64,000 nt of DNA, taken from assembly GCF_006345805.1 (NCBI RefSeq), contig NC_043005.1, positions 41,912,001 through 41,976,000 of the forward strand. The letters run 5' to 3'. Both the position numbers and the translations under genes were made by a program. This stretch comes from Octopus sinensis (taxonomy: Eukaryota). Below are positions 26,510 to 40,112 of the stretch, piece after piece; the first letter of the stretch is position 1; the number at the start of each line of letters is the position of its first letter. The notes below the pieces were generated by a model. It saw only the letters and a list, made by a program, of their open reading frames with translations, made no database searches and had not been told where the DNA came from.

Positions 26510-28000
26510 GCCCACCATCTTCCCGTATTTAAAGTGAGAGTGAGGCAATTTTTTTTTCTTCGTTCGGGACGTCGGTGACTAAACCGGCAACCCGGCAGAG
26601 CTTGCTCTGTGAGGAGGGCGTATGATTTTTGCTATTTTGACACCCTACAGGAAGGAAAAACAAGATATGTATAAAGGCTAATGGACTCTTACGAGGCAAC
26701 GGCCACCAAAATAGCATATACTTAAGAGGCAGAAGCAATCATAACTCTTGAACACCCCTTCTAGGGGACGAGAACTCCAAAAATTAAACCAGGATTACAA
26801 GAATCCTATATCTTAGGGTGGCGATCCGGTCAGTGATGGTGTCATGGGAAAAAATACTGGTCTTTGTGCAATCTAAAATTCACTAACCTCATGAGTGCTG
26901 AAATGTCAAATGAAAATAGAAATGAAAATGAGAATGGAACAACTTGTGAAGGTCTCTTGACCTGCGGGTGCGCCATAGGTGAGGAGCGTGGGCACAGACG
27001 TCATAAAGTAACTGCTAAAAGAAGGTGAACGAAAGAAATGAATATTGCTGTAATGGAGTGCTACTTTCTGGGTAATCCGAGACATGATAATGAAGTACCC
27101 GTTAGGGGATATAGGAAAAGAATGCACAGGGCATGGCGCGACAGAGGCCTATTTGAATTAAGGGATCAAAATCCGTGTGACCAAGCTAGGGCCATAAGAA
27201 AGAAAGAAAGGTTATCTCCAGTTGCATTCAGAGACGTGTGCTTAGGGATAAGACCGGCAGTGAACGGAAGGATGAGGAAGAGAATGCAGATAGTGAAACT
27301 ATGGCAGTAGAGTTAAAGGAAGAAAATGAGCATAAGGCTGAGATTATTGTTCAGGAAAGCTATGAGAAAACCAAGATATCCATTTTTAATGACATCATTA
27401 ATATTTTGACCTCTGGTAAACTGAGCCTTCATACGGAGTTTAAAAAAGGAGAAAGAAAAAAACTCAATGAATGGGTCAGGAAGATAAATGATATCACTGG
27501 TGATATCAGGGCTGACAACATCACATACACCAACAATCTGAAGAATGCAATCTCGATCTTTATAACCCGGAAATTAGGTTTGAAAGCCAAAGGTAAATGC
27601 CAACATAATCTGAAGGAACCATGGTGGAAAAAGAGAATAACGCAGTCTATTAACGAGATCAGAAAACATATTAATATTCTGGAACGGAAAAAATAATTAA
27701 ATGAAATTCAACGAGAGAAATATGTTGAGCTAGAGAAGAAGTATAGGGTGAAGAGAAAGGGAATCAATGTTATGATTGAGGAATTAAAACACGGGCTGAA
27801 AGCTAAAGCACATAAATTAAAGAAATATGAACACAGAATTGAGCAGTACAAATTAAACAGACTTTTCGAACAAAATCAGAAACGAGTCTATCAGGAACTG
27901 GATGGGAAAGAAAAAGGTAAAAAAGCCGTGCTGGATTCTGAAGAAAGCAAAAGATTTTGGTCAAACATATGGTCTCAGGAGAAACAACAGGACATAGTCG
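26510..28000 (+). pseudogene. Dong/R4-clade non-LTR retrotransposon, 5' part only (no RT or endonuclease)
   Basis: N-terminal motif MNIAVMECYFL.NP...GYRKRMHRAW...CDQARAIRK, then EPWWKKRI, LFEQNQKRVYQEL, ESKRFWSNIWS; frameshifts and stops. Confidence 0.85.
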
Positions 28001-28048
28001 ACTAAACCCTTTTGATAAAAGGGCTAGCCTTGTCCCAAAATTTGAATA

Positions 28049-28103
<55 letters not shown>

Positions 28104-28230
28104 GTTGTTGTTGTTGTTTGAGAGTGCAGTGCATTCCACGAAGTTGACACTGGGGTAAAATATACGGAGCCCAGTATACCCATCACGACTACTCGTCTTA
28201 TTATTATTATTATTATCATTGTTGTTGTTG

Positions 28231-28264
<34 letters not shown>

Positions 28265-28277
28265 GGTTACTATTACT

Positions 28278-28500
28278 AAGGCGGCGAGCTCGCAGAATCA
28301 TTAGTACGCCGGGTAAAATGCTTTGAGGCATTTTACCCAGTTTCATGTTCTGAGTTCGAATTCCGCCTCGGTCTACAATTGTCTTCCATCTTTTCGGGGA
28401 TTGATAAAATACGTACCAGTCAAGAACTGGTGATGATGTAATCAACTTATCTCCTCCCCAAAAAATTTCAGGTTTCACGCCTTTAGTAGAAAGGATTATT
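28278..28500 (+). mobile_element. SINE family A
   Basis: aaggcggcgagctcgcagaatc head; tail tttagtagaaaggattatt. Confidence 0.85.
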
Positions 28501-29444
28501 TTTATTCTTTCTTTTGTTATTCAAAGTCTTTGAAAGCATTTTAAAATTTTACTTTCAAAAACGCATCTTTTATAAACATGGTGTCGCCTTCCACAGTCAG
28601 AAATCTGATGAGAATGGCAGAAGATGGTTGTAGAGTCAGTTGCAGCAAGTGGAAGAGAAGAGTGATTTGCAAGCGTTGACAATTCAATGGCCAAAATAAT
28701 TTGACCTTTGCTCTAAAGGCAAACGAAAGGCACCTTTGCTCTAAAAGCAGTAACACCATTTAAAAAGAAACAAAAAAAAAAAACAAACAAGAAGTACAGG
28801 TAATGGTAAAGCCATTCGTAATATAAAGAAATTATCTCCCTTTTTCTCTGAGCGTCAGTAGCAACTGCCAGTGAGAATCGTTTGTCTACCTCAAAGGGAA
28901 ATGTCATTAAGCTAAGAATATTTTGTGCGGCATTCCATGCATGACCCTTTGTTAAATACATTAGTGTGTGTATGTGTATGTGTGTATGTGTCTATATAAT
29001 CATAGCAGATGTATGTTTTGTAGTATTGGGGGATGCTGGTAGTTTGAAAGTGCCAAATGATTAATGCGTCTCCTAGCAACTGAAATTCATAATCGAAATG
29101 AAATTAATGAAGCACGTACCTAAAATTTTCAAAATGCTTCCACAAATTATTGCAGCTCTAGATTTTCATTTAAATATCTTACTGAATATAAATGTCATCT
29201 ATATTATACTGAAGCTCAAAGTTTGTCTGTTTTCCTACCATTTGATTAAGAGGATAAAGATTACAAATAAAATAGTCATTTTCCCCCTTTAAGAAAAAAT
29301 AAAAAAGGTCAAGCTGAAAATGCCGACACTTCAAAGAGTCATCGTACTTCCGTCTCTTTTCTTTCTTTTTTTCTCCCTTTAATCATCTATGTAACTTTTG
29401 GAGTGCTGTGGACTTGAAAGACAGAAATTTTCCCTATATTATGA

Positions 29445-29590
29445 GAGGAGTGGTTGTGTGGTAAGTAGCTTGCTTACCAACCACATGGTTCCGGGTTGGG
29501 AAAGTGTCTTTTTACTATAGCCTCGAGCCGACCAAGGCCTTGTGAGTGGATTTGGTAGACGGAAACTGAAAGAAGCCCGTCGTATATATG

Positions 29591-29646
<56 letters not shown>

Positions 29647-29867
29647 CGTGTGTGTGTGTATGTGTTTGTCCCCCAACATCTCTTAACAACCAATGCTGTT
29701 GTGTTTATGTCCCCGTAACTTAGCGGTTCGGCAAAAGAGACCGATAGAGTAAGTAGTAGGCTTACAAAGAATAAGTCCTGGGGTCGATTTGCTCGACTAA
29801 ATACGGTGTTCCAATATGGCCGCAGTCAAATGACTGAAACAAGTAAAAGGGTAAAAGAGTAAAGAGT
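29445..29867 (+). mobile_element. SINE family B, full length
   Basis: Head, internal (TG)n, tail ggggtcgatttgctcgactaa...gactgaaacaagtaaaag. Confidence 0.9.
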
Positions 29868-30039
29868 ATTTTTGAATCACAGGTACTTGATATTTTTTTT
29901 TCTTAAAGGGGAAAAATTCTATTTTATTTAAAAACAAAATATCAATCTCTATCATCTCAGTCAAAAGGCAGAAAAACAGAGCGACTATCTCTTTATAGAC
30001 GAAGGTCAGTTGCAATGGGGGAAACTGAATCTCATAAGA

Positions 30040-30570
30040 ATGGGAAAACAAACAAGAAATGGGTTTTACCTTGAAATCGTTGCTTCTGTGAGGTGAGTTA
30101 AGTACGTCATCAAGTACACGCTGAAAGGAAATGCCCAAGCTGCCGTTCAAATAAACAATGATAACGAAATTAGTTAATATCTAATCGAAGCAGCTGCATC
30201 CATTTTAGGATTTTCAATTCAAGAAAGAGGACCTGCAATAGTTAGACTGCAAGTTCATCTACCAAATGAACAGAGAATATTGTTCAGAAATAATGAAGAT
30301 ATATATGGCTGTCAATGAATGATATATGAGAACAACATTGACAGAATGCTGACAGAGTGATGACTTTGCAAAAAAAATTGCTTTATGCTGAAGTATTCAT
30401 GTATTTCACTTGAAACAGTGGTAACAAAGAATGAGAAACAAGAAAGCGAGCAAAACAGTCGAAGGACATTTGAACGTTTTTAAAGAAACACTTGGTCGTG
30501 TTTATGTTGTCACACCAAATGCAGGATAACTGTATTATTTAAGAGTTCTATTACATGAAGTTCGAAATAG
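30040..30570 (+). pseudogene. Helitron Rep/Helicase fragment
   Basis: Translation EIVASVR.VKYVIKYTLKG...EAAASILGFSIQERGPAIVRLQVHLPNEQ...LLYAEV...TLGRVYVVTPNAG.LYYLRVLLHEVR resembles Helitron RepHel motifs. Confidence 0.75.
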
Positions 30571-31377
30571 TATTTTTCCCCTTTACCGCTGCGCGTCGAC
30601 ATTTTCAACTTGGAGTGGTTGTGACCCAACGGGGTACGACGGGTACATCTAATATATTAATAAAAAAATAAGACATATAAAGTAGTTTACTTCCAGTAAT
30701 TCACAATTATTGTGTTCAAGGTAACATGACGGTCAGAATATTTGTCTGTAACAACACGTGTGTTATTAAACTTTGCAGATATTGTCTAGTTTCTGTTCTT
30801 TGTAATTTCAGGGAATCCAAAGAAATACGGACAATGCTGTGATTATAAATCTCAAAAATCTTAAGTATAGGAGGTAATATGTATTTATATAAATCTGATT
30901 AAATAATTTTTGGAATCTTACAGTTTAGTATTTTCTAAATTTGATTAATTTAGAAGTGCACCAGCTATTGTTGGATTAGTACTGCTAGTAATCTAGTTGA
31001 TATGTTGTTGTCTTGCTTTGTTATTGCTTTTATAATAAGGTTGAACTCGAGGAGACGGGTGGGTTCATGGTCTTTGCAGGTCCTCCAAGCCTGTGATATT
31101 GATACCGTCAAAGTTTCACATAAATTACTGGAAGTTGATTGCGACTGAAAAAATAAAAGAGCACACAAAGAAACAAACAAACAAACATATGAAGGGAAGG
31201 AATTTCAAAGGTCTGATTTCCTGCAGCTTTAGTAGTGAATGTAGTAGTTAGTGCAGAGTGAGGAAAGGACATAATATGAGTGATGAGAAGATTAGTGGAG
31301 GGTGAGGCAAAAGTGCCTGAGTGAAGGGATACGGATCCAATAGCGTAGCTGTGGTATAAATGGTATAACTTGGAAGT

Positions 31378-31606
31378 ACGGCGAGCTGGCAGAAACGTTA
31401 GCGCGCCGGGCGAAATGCTTAGCGGTATTTCGTCTGCCGTTACGCTCTGAGTTCAAATTCCACCGAGGTCGACTTTGCCTTTCATCTTTTCGGGGTCGAT
31501 TAAATAAGTACAGTTACGCACTGGGGTCGATATGATCGACTTAATCCGTTTGTCTGTCCTTGTTCGTCCTCTCTGTGTTTAGCCCCTTGTGGGTAGTAAA
31601 GAAATA
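31378..31606 (+). mobile_element. SINE family A with 15-bp TSD
   Basis: TSD ggtataacttggaag at 31362-31376 and 31607-31621. Confidence 0.95.
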
Positions 31607-31709
31607 GGTATAACTTGGAAGCAGACCAAAGATTGGCATGTAGTTGTGAGCGTCTCCACAACAATCGTTTGGATAGCCTTTTGTCGTCTAGAATATTTGT
31701 GTGGCTAGT

Positions 31710-32030
31710 GAAGGCATATGGCTTAGTGGTTAGGGTATTAAGCTCACGATCGTAAGTTCATGAGTTCAATTCCTTGGCAACCTGTTGTGTCCTTGAGTAT
31801 GACAACTTATTTCATGTTGCTCCAGTCCACTCATCTGGCAAAAATGCGTTGTACTTGCTTATCAAAGAGCGAACCATGTCACATTGTGTCACACTGAATC
31901 TACCTGTGAATTATGTTAAGGATACGCGTGTCTGTAGAATGCCCGGCGACTTGCACGTTAATTTCACGAGCAGGGTTTTTCCTTAGTTGAATCAACTAGA
32001 ACCCTTGCCGTCGTAACCGATTGAGTGCCA
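31710..32030 (+). mobile_element. SINE family D, full length
   Basis: A-box tggcttagtggttagg, B-box gagttcaattcc, gtgtccttgag motif, tail tcgtaaccgattgagtgcca. Confidence 0.85.
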
Positions 32031-32299
32031 GTAAGAAGCACCGCCGAAGATGTAGAAGTACTATGCAAAGGTACTGCTCCCACATCGTTATAGAGGGTTA
32101 CCGGTTATTGGTGAATGAAATACTTTTTGGCTTTGAATGGGAAAATCAGTCTGTCCTGCAGGTATGTGTTCGCTGGGATGTATCCTCGGTGTTAATGAAA
32201 CCTAACGTTTAAGGTGATGACACGGCTTATTTTTGCATGCTCTTCATTTTTAAAGGAGAGGGACAGAACAATTGTGTTTCGCCGTCAGTGTTACTTTGA

Positions 32300-32745
32300 A
32301 CTTTAGATATTATATCTCAGCCTGTATATGTGCGTAGTGATGAACCTGGTAGAGAGGAATTGGATAATTTTATTGATATAGCTGGTTTTTTCAGTGTGCA
32401 GTTCGAAAGAAGAAGCAACCTGCAGGCGTTCTCCGCTAAAGTATTGTTCACGGGACCATCATGGCTGAGAAGTAAAACAACAGATGATTCTGCAAAATAG
32501 GTAAAAGATACTTTTGCCAAGTGAGTAAAAGAATCTGTTATAGTTTAGGAAGCGGAACAATTTGAGAGTTGCCACATGGACGAAACTATCTGCCGCTGTT
32601 TAGCAGTTGTCCAAAGACTGTATAAAAAGCATCATCAAAGAACTGCAAATCAATGTAAAGAAGTGAGAAGAATTAACTTTAGAAAAAGACGAATGGAATA
32701 AACAAATAAGGAAAGGGTGTAAAAACTTCTGAAGAGTGTCGGCTT
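32300..32745 (+). pseudogene. RTE LINE ORF C-terminal fragment
   Basis: ELPHGR...KDCIKSIIKELQINVKK.EELTLEKDEWNKQIRKGCKNF resembles the RTE C-terminus. Confidence 0.6.
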
Positions 32746-33885
32746 AAACCCGAAACCCTTAAGCGCTCAATTCAGTGCTAGATAAGAGCTGTTCCCTCGT
32801 TTTAATAGGGGGTAGTTTTCTCCGAGCATCCTATGCCGTAATCTTTTGCTTCAACAGGCATTGCATGACAATAAGTAAACACTCAGAACTTTTGGGGCTG
32901 CACGGCGTTGCTATGTATATGGTGTACAGTGACATCCTCCACAAAATCCAGGTGTATCATTTCAATCCTCCGCCCTGCCCTGCAGTTTCTCAAGGACGGG
33001 GTAATTAACATGCAAATGGTGAAGCTCTGACCTGGTGTTTGGCCCAGTGTGACATTGGATGGTGGAATAATCTCAACTAGATAATCTTCGCACAACGAGG
33101 GAGTTGCAGAAGCAGTTATGTTCTTGTAGTAGTTATACTTCGAGTTGAAGAAGAAATACTGCGTATTTAGTCTCGGAGACGTGTGTATGAGTTGAAACTA
33201 AATGTAGAATGTTGATTGCTATGGTTTTGCATCTACATCAGTAACATCAGAATGGGAGCCGATGAGTCAAGAAGCGGACATTAAAGTCACCGACGCCCAT
33301 GACTATGGGGAAGAACGAAGGGAGATAAATGTTATCATATATTGTCAACGACATCTAATAACAAAGACAGAGAAAATAAAGTATAAAATTTTCTTTAAAT
33401 ATAAATTTACATGATTTTTATTCGAAATTGCTTTTTATCGTCCTCTTCAAAAATTTACCATTTTCCCTCCTATTTTCAAACACAACAATAATGTCGCAGA
33501 AGAGCTAAACTAAATTAAATCGAAATAATAATGTACTCATAATGACGTCTAGCTTTTCAATCTGGCTTATTACCTTCGATTAATTTTCGAAAATATCCAA
33601 GAAAAACAGTAGACAGCTCAAAGAAAATTTGCTTCCTTTCAGAATGAATTAGAGAGAATGATGTTGAACAAAATTTTGAATCAATGAGATTTGATAAATA
33701 TGAAGGATTTATGTCCCTTAGAGCTTTCAAATTATTAGTGAAGGGTAGGATAAGTGAAAGAGGGAGTGTCATGTACATATGCCTGTGTTTGTGTGTATAT
33801 GTGTGTTTGTGCGTATACATACACACATATATATATATATATATATATATGCATGCATACACAAATAAATAAACTTATATATATA

Positions 33886-33919
<34 letters not shown>

Positions 33920-35029
33920 CTATATATATATATACATACATAAATGCATGTGTATGTAGGAGTGTGTTCGTGTGTATTCATATATACATATGTACATACA
34001 TGCATACACCAATATATGTGTGTGTGTAGGGAGAGATAGAGAAAGAGAAAGAGAGAGATGGAGAGAGAGAGAGGGAGAGAGAATTATACGAATATGTTTG
34101 AAGTTCTTTGATTTTATTTATATCGATTTCGAAGAGCTTTTACTGTACTTTTATGAATTTACCATGTAAAGTCCTTTCCATAATCATTGAAATGTAACAA
34201 TCAGTTGCAAAAAATAAAATGCTGCGGAGACGATAACGTAAACATTGTCATAAAACTAAAGTTATTTCCCGAATTTCAATAACGTGGGTTCTGGAATTTC
34301 ATTGTATTTATTGCTTGTGCAGACTTTCATCTTGTTGTTACAGCTGTTGCTGTTGTAATTTATTTAAATATATTGTAATGATACGAAATATATACTCTAT
34401 AAATCTTAATGTTTTGGAATTTGATGGCACTTTTGCCTTATTCATTTTTTTTTTTTTTTTTGTTTTTCTTGCATTTAAGTATAGGAATTTACTAAACCAT
34501 ATATAATTCTTTTTAAGTTACTTTGCCCAAATTTCTTTTTCACAGTTATTTCGAGAATATATTTAAAGAATCACTTTTATACATCAACGTATATTTGTAT
34601 AATATAAATTACAGAATTTTAACTTGACAAGGCATAAGGTTACAGACGAGCTGGAGTCAAGTAAAACGGTCGCTGTATACTACGAGTATTTATGTTATTG
34701 ATATCATAGAAATGATAACTAAAGTTGCCTGTGTTATATTAAAGCGCATAACACAATTTAACGAGATATGTTAACATATTCAGTCGGATGTTTTCCATAT
34801 ATCTAAAAATCAATTCCCTTATACTGGTATACGTTTTCATTAGTTTCTACGTAATATAACTTTAAATTAGGGAAGGAACGAACATAATGAATTGGTTGTA
34901 GCAAACTATCAGTATTTATTTTCTAAAATATGTTAGAATTACCATCTAAAACGAGTAAGATATTAACCTAATACAAATAATTTTTATATATTAAATACTA
35001 AACGATATATTAAGACATCCATTCAAAAA

Positions 35030-35402
35030 GTGTCTGTAACAAAACCCGCATATTGTTAAACTGTGCAGATACTGTCATTTCAGGGAATGCAAAAGAAATG
35101 CGAGTAATGCTGAGTTTATAAATCTCAAAACTCTTAAGGTAGCATGTTGCATATAAGAAATAATAAATATTCCTATTGATTAGATAGGATGATTTCCAGA
35201 ATCTCATAGTTTAGTATTTCCTAAATTTGATGAAATTAGAACTGTGTCTACTATAGTTGAATCATTAATACTTGTAATATACTTCATATTTTGTTGCCAT
35301 ATTTTGCTTAAATAAGGTTGTGTTGTGTGGACACCTCCAGGCGATGAAGTAGGCTAGCCCAATACGTAGATATAGAGGGAGAAGCCTAGACGTCGAGAGA
35401 GA

Positions 35403-35435
<33 letters not shown>

Positions 35436-35925
35436 CAGTCAGAGTAGTAGACTACAGCAGAGTAGAGTGGAGTAAAGTTGAGTAGTAGAGGCATCCGGAC
35501 GTGCGACATAACAGGTTCAAATCTAGGAAACGGTTGAGCTCATGGTCTTTGAAGGTCTTTCAAGCTAGTGATACTGATACTGTCAAAGTTTCACCTAAAT
35601 TCTTGGAAGTTTATTCTAACAGAAAAAAAATGATTGCAGCATAAGTAGTGGATGTAGTGGTTAGTGCGGGGTGAGTAAGGGACATAACATGGGTGATGAA
35701 AAGATTAGTGGTGGGTGAGTCAGAAGTGTCTAAATGAAGGGATACGGCTGCAGTAGAGAGAAGGGACATTGGTCGGTGTAGCTAGAGTAGACATGGTATA
35801 AGGTATGAGCGAACCAGAGATTGGCATGTAGTTATGAGCCACTTCACGCCAATCATTTGGATAGCTTTTTGCCTTCTAGGATGTTTGCGTCGCTAATTGA
35901 AGCACCACCGAAGATGTGTTAAGAG
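35030..35925 (-). mobile_element. Second copy of the CR1/Jockey-like LINE 3' end
   Basis: Colinear with 30770-32060 once insertions are removed. Confidence 0.6.
35321..35513. mobile_element. Short solo LTR (193 bp) inserted in the LINE
   Basis: TGTTGTGT...ACATAACA inverted termini; ggttg/ggttc 5-bp TSD with one mismatch; AGTAAA signal; empty site visible in the 31040 paralogue. Confidence 0.65.
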
Positions 35926-36271
35926 ATCACTTGTTTAGAGAGTACGTGGCACAAAGTTTCATATCAATGCTGAGATAACTAAAATAAGTCAACTTGGCTG
36001 AAATTTGACCATGCGTTTATTTAATACCGAACCACGAATAATCTCTACCACTCAGACATTCACACACACCAAATCCACAGATGTTTGTAAATGCCTTTGT
36101 AAGCGATTAGTTAATTGTTTTCTACCAGGAATAATGACAAACTCACAATGCACCCTGACTTCTATTCAGGCATTGTAATCTTGACGCCGTTTATCTGAAT
36201 AAAAGACACCATGGTAACACTGGAACGTTTCATATTAAATACAGGTCAGCTGGTGTAGAAGAAACAAGGGT

Positions 36272-36357
36272 TTAAACACCACCAACAGCATCATTATAAC
36301 AAGTGGATGATTTAAAATGAGCTAGGAATACAACAATCGAAATCATTAAGAGAAAGC
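36272..36357 (-). CDS. Candidate terminal exon, hydrophobic (TM-like) segment
   Basis: Strong acceptor ttttttctttccttgcAG; (G)FLLMISIVVFLAHFKSSTCYNDAVGGV-stop; minus-strand AATAAA at 36016-36021. Confidence 0.3.
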
Positions 36358-36783
36358 CTGCAAGGAAAGAAAAAATTATGCCAACTACAGACAAGGAGGA
36401 ATATTCAAAGAATGCACATCTTTGTAATGGACGTTCTTGTATATTACTGCACAATCTTAAAGTACAGCTAACATACATTACAGTAAGCACATAGTTATGT
36501 GTACATTTAAGTGAATCGTATCGTCAAAACAGATTTCGATATTAAAATACTTTTTGCTGATTTATCAGAAAGGAATAATACGGCTGCAAAAGTTAATGCA
36601 ATCTGCTTGTCATATGAATAAACTTTAATATATTACGAAAATTTGCTTATTAATTTCCTAAAGTCCGTTTCTTTAAGAAAACATAAATAGTTTAACGTGT
36701 ATATCTTTTTCCCCTTTAAATCATGAAACATACTCACAATATACTTTACTTGAAGAAATTTTAAAGTTTACATACATGGTAAG

Positions 36784-36819
<36 letters not shown>

Positions 36820-37089
36820 TTATATTAGGAGGCTGGGTCAGAGTGCAAAATTCGATATCTTTTAGTAAAATTATCTAAATATAGGGACGGAATTTCTCTT
36901 ACGGCGTCATCTATGAGTCGTAATTTTGAGTCAAACGAATGTTTCACGCGCTGTTTCGTTCATCATTAGACTTTAAAATACTTTTTTTGCTTACTCGAAA
37001 CTAGAATGAGCAGAAAAACAATTTATGTTGGATATAATTATTTTTGTTGCTCTTTGGCGATTTAGCAATCAATTACACACACACACACG

Positions 37090-37175
<86 letters not shown>

Positions 37176-37224
37176 GGCACAAACACAGACATACTAGCAT
37201 ATACAGAGAATACGATAGATACAT

Positions 37225-37288
37225 GTATAGATAGATAGACAGACAGACAGATAGATAGATAAATAGATAGATAGACAGACGGACAGGC

Positions 37289-37364
<76 letters not shown>

Positions 37365-37510
37365 GGATGGATGGATGGGTGGATGGAGGGATGGATGGAT
37401 GGATGGATGGATGGATGGATGGATGGATGATTGATGGATGGATGGATGGATGGATGGATGGATGGATGGATGGATGGATAGATAGATAGATGGATAGATA
37501 GATAGACAGA
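37225..37510. repeat. (GATA)n/(GGAT)n compound microsatellite
   Basis: Direct reading. Confidence 0.95.
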
Positions 37511-37985
37511 CAGACTTACAGAGAGAAGGGGAATCACAGAGAAGGCAATGAGAGAGAGATGCATAGAAAGAGGGGGTGGGAAAGTGGGAGGCAGAGTAAG
37601 AGACAAGCAGAGAGAGTGGGAGAGAAGGAGAGACAAGATGACAGAGAGGTGGGGAGAGGGATATAGGGGTGGGAGAGAGGGGGAAAGAGAAGGGGCAGGG
37701 TTAACCGTTTCGGATAGACAGGTAGTACATATACAGTTCGACGGTCTGGGAGCTGTCTGTCTGTCTATCTATCTGGGAGCTGGCAAGAAAATTTTAAGCT
37801 GCAAAAGAAATGAAGCAGAGACGGAACACTATCTATTTAGAGGAGTCTTTCAAACCAATTTTATATTGAATATAACTAAACATTGTCATTAATATAGCGA
37901 TAAAGAAACACCCGTCTACTCAAATAGATATGGAAAATTGCTATATATACAGTTAACTGAAAATAGGATATAGCATCCCTGACTT

Positions 37986-38017
<32 letters not shown>

Positions 38018-38439
38018 CATTTACATATACTGTTGTATTTCGGGATGTTCCAACACACGATTTCACATCGGGAATCTTGCAAAACGAATTGATAAACGTA
38101 TTTACATATATATATATATATATATAGACCTCTCTAATTATATATATTCCTAGACAAGATGCTGAGTTATGAAAGTACGAAAGAAATAATTCGACAGATA
38201 TAGAAACATATAATAATCCACATATAGTGTATTTGTATCCTCATCCTTATATATATGTATGTGTGTGTGTATATACGTATGTATATATAGATGCATGTAT
38301 GTATATATATATATATATATGTATATATAAATATATGTATGTACGTATATATATACACATATATAAATATATGTATATATATATATATACATACACACAT
38401 TTTTTAAAATTTTATGTAAATTTATATATGTGTATATAT

Positions 38440-38600
38440 ATCTCCTTGTTTCTTTCTGTGTTCCTTTCTGTGTTCCTTTCTGTGGGAGAGCGTAGGCTCG
38501 AAACGTAAATGACATTTTCAATTCCCAAGCGTTATACTAATACATCTGTTTATTTTCTACACCGCCTGTCATCGTCTTTTGTTTTTTCGTGAATTCTCCA
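38440..38600 (+). mobile_element. pLTR-like repeat, same family as 15718 and 44050
   Basis: ctttctgtgggagagcgtaggctcgaaacgtaaatgac; (TA)n flanks. Confidence 0.75.
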
Positions 38601-38606
38601 TATATA

Positions 38607-38680
<74 letters not shown>

Positions 38681-38961
38681 CAATAAGAAAATGTAGGACA
38701 TTCGGCGAAAGCGACTGCACCTGTGGAGCGCAAAGAACTGGATTCTTCACCGAATTTATTACTTGCGAACTTCCACCTCTCTCCCCCAAAATCAAAATAC
38801 AGCTCATAGGTTGCCGTTTTAGCAGGGTTGTTGAGATAGATCCAGAGCGAATCGCAGAAGGTCCTCGACTTGCTTCTTGTGATAAAATGGCCTTTGAAAG
38901 ATCGTGGAAACAACTATGAAAAAAAAAGTGAGCAACTTGTTTTCTGTATTTATTTCAACTG

Positions 38962-38998
<37 letters not shown>

Positions 38999-39311
38999 AT
39001 AATATATATATATATATAAACATGCCCCTATTACCAAAGACTGTATATATACATGTAATGTGGCAATTATGTAAATTTTTTTGAATTCATAATATTCTGT
39101 ACTGAACTTTTTTTGATATTTCCTCCTGGAAATACCCTGAGATGTATAATATATTTGTTTTAATCTTTTCTGCCCATTTTTTTCAAATATTCTCATCATA
39201 CTGTTGTACTTTTTATGTCCTTAACATGTCCCTGTTACCAAAGACTGTATATATACATGTAATGTGGCAATTTGCAACAACCAATAATTAACGCAACCAA
39301 ACTTCCATATG

Positions 39312-39356
39312 TTACTTTTGACAATCTTTTTCCAAAGAGTGAAACCGGTTAAGTAA
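39312..39356 (+). ncRNA. Minimal type-I hammerhead-like motif, U3-A8 variant
   Basis: ttactt TTGACAA t ctttt-tcca-aagag t GAA ACCGGT T aagtaa. Confidence 0.5.
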
Positions 39357-39394
39357 ATAAACATCTTTTAAATTGCATTTTCAAACCTTCTTTC

Positions 39395-39475
<81 letters not shown>

Positions 39476-39721
39476 GTTGAAACTCTCTTGTCGCAATCTG
39501 GGACCTTGAAGACTGCTTAAATCCAAGAAAGTAAACTAGTCCCTTAATATTTTATATTCATTATTTCATGTATTCAATAAGACAATCAATACTTCATTTC
39601 ATTTTACTATATATACTATTTATACTATATATTCTATGTTCTACATTAATATTATAAAGAATATAAATAAAACATAAATAAAACAGAGTTGGAATTTCTT
39701 TGAATAATATATATATATATA

Positions 39722-40007
39722 TCACCGTCACCGTGACCGACCAGTCTATCAAATGTTGCTACACATCGCTAGTCACAATGCGCTTCGCATTGTTTTAGCC
39801 TTCAAATGACGCCACCCCGCTGGCTAAGTGAGCAGGCCAACAGAGGAAAGAGTGAGAGAAAGTTGTGGCGAAAGAGTACAGCAGGGATCGCCACCACCAC
39901 CCTGCCGGAGCCTCGTGGAGCTATAGGTGTTTTCGCTCAATAAAGGGAATCGAAGCCTCGATCCTACGACCGCGAGTCCGCTGCCCTAACCACTGGGCCA
40001 TTGCGCT
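39722..40007 (-). mobile_element. tRNA-derived SINE family C
   Basis: Reverse complement of 43719-44025; head gcgcaatggcccagtggttagggcagcgg. Confidence 0.9.
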
Positions 40008-40029
40008 TCCACATATCCGCCCCCCCCCC

Positions 40030-40112
<83 letters not shown>

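Larger units (their letters stand above)
30572..32060 (-). mobile_element. 3' end of an old CR1/Jockey-like LINE with long 3' UTR, interrupted by two SINEs
   Basis: Minus-strand C-terminus ..VAINFQ.FM.NFDGINITGL; colinear diverged copy at 35030-35925. Confidence 0.55.

Noticed and set aside
26565-26660. Possible HDV-like or twister ribozyme at the Dong 5' end
   Set aside because: Could not build a P1-P4 double pseudoknot or the twister P1/P2/T1 pairings by hand; needs a covariance-model search
30760-35925. Apparent duplicated host-gene segment with acceptor-like sites
   Set aside because: Both copies translate as a LINE ORF2 C-terminus plus 3' UTR, so they are dispersed repeats
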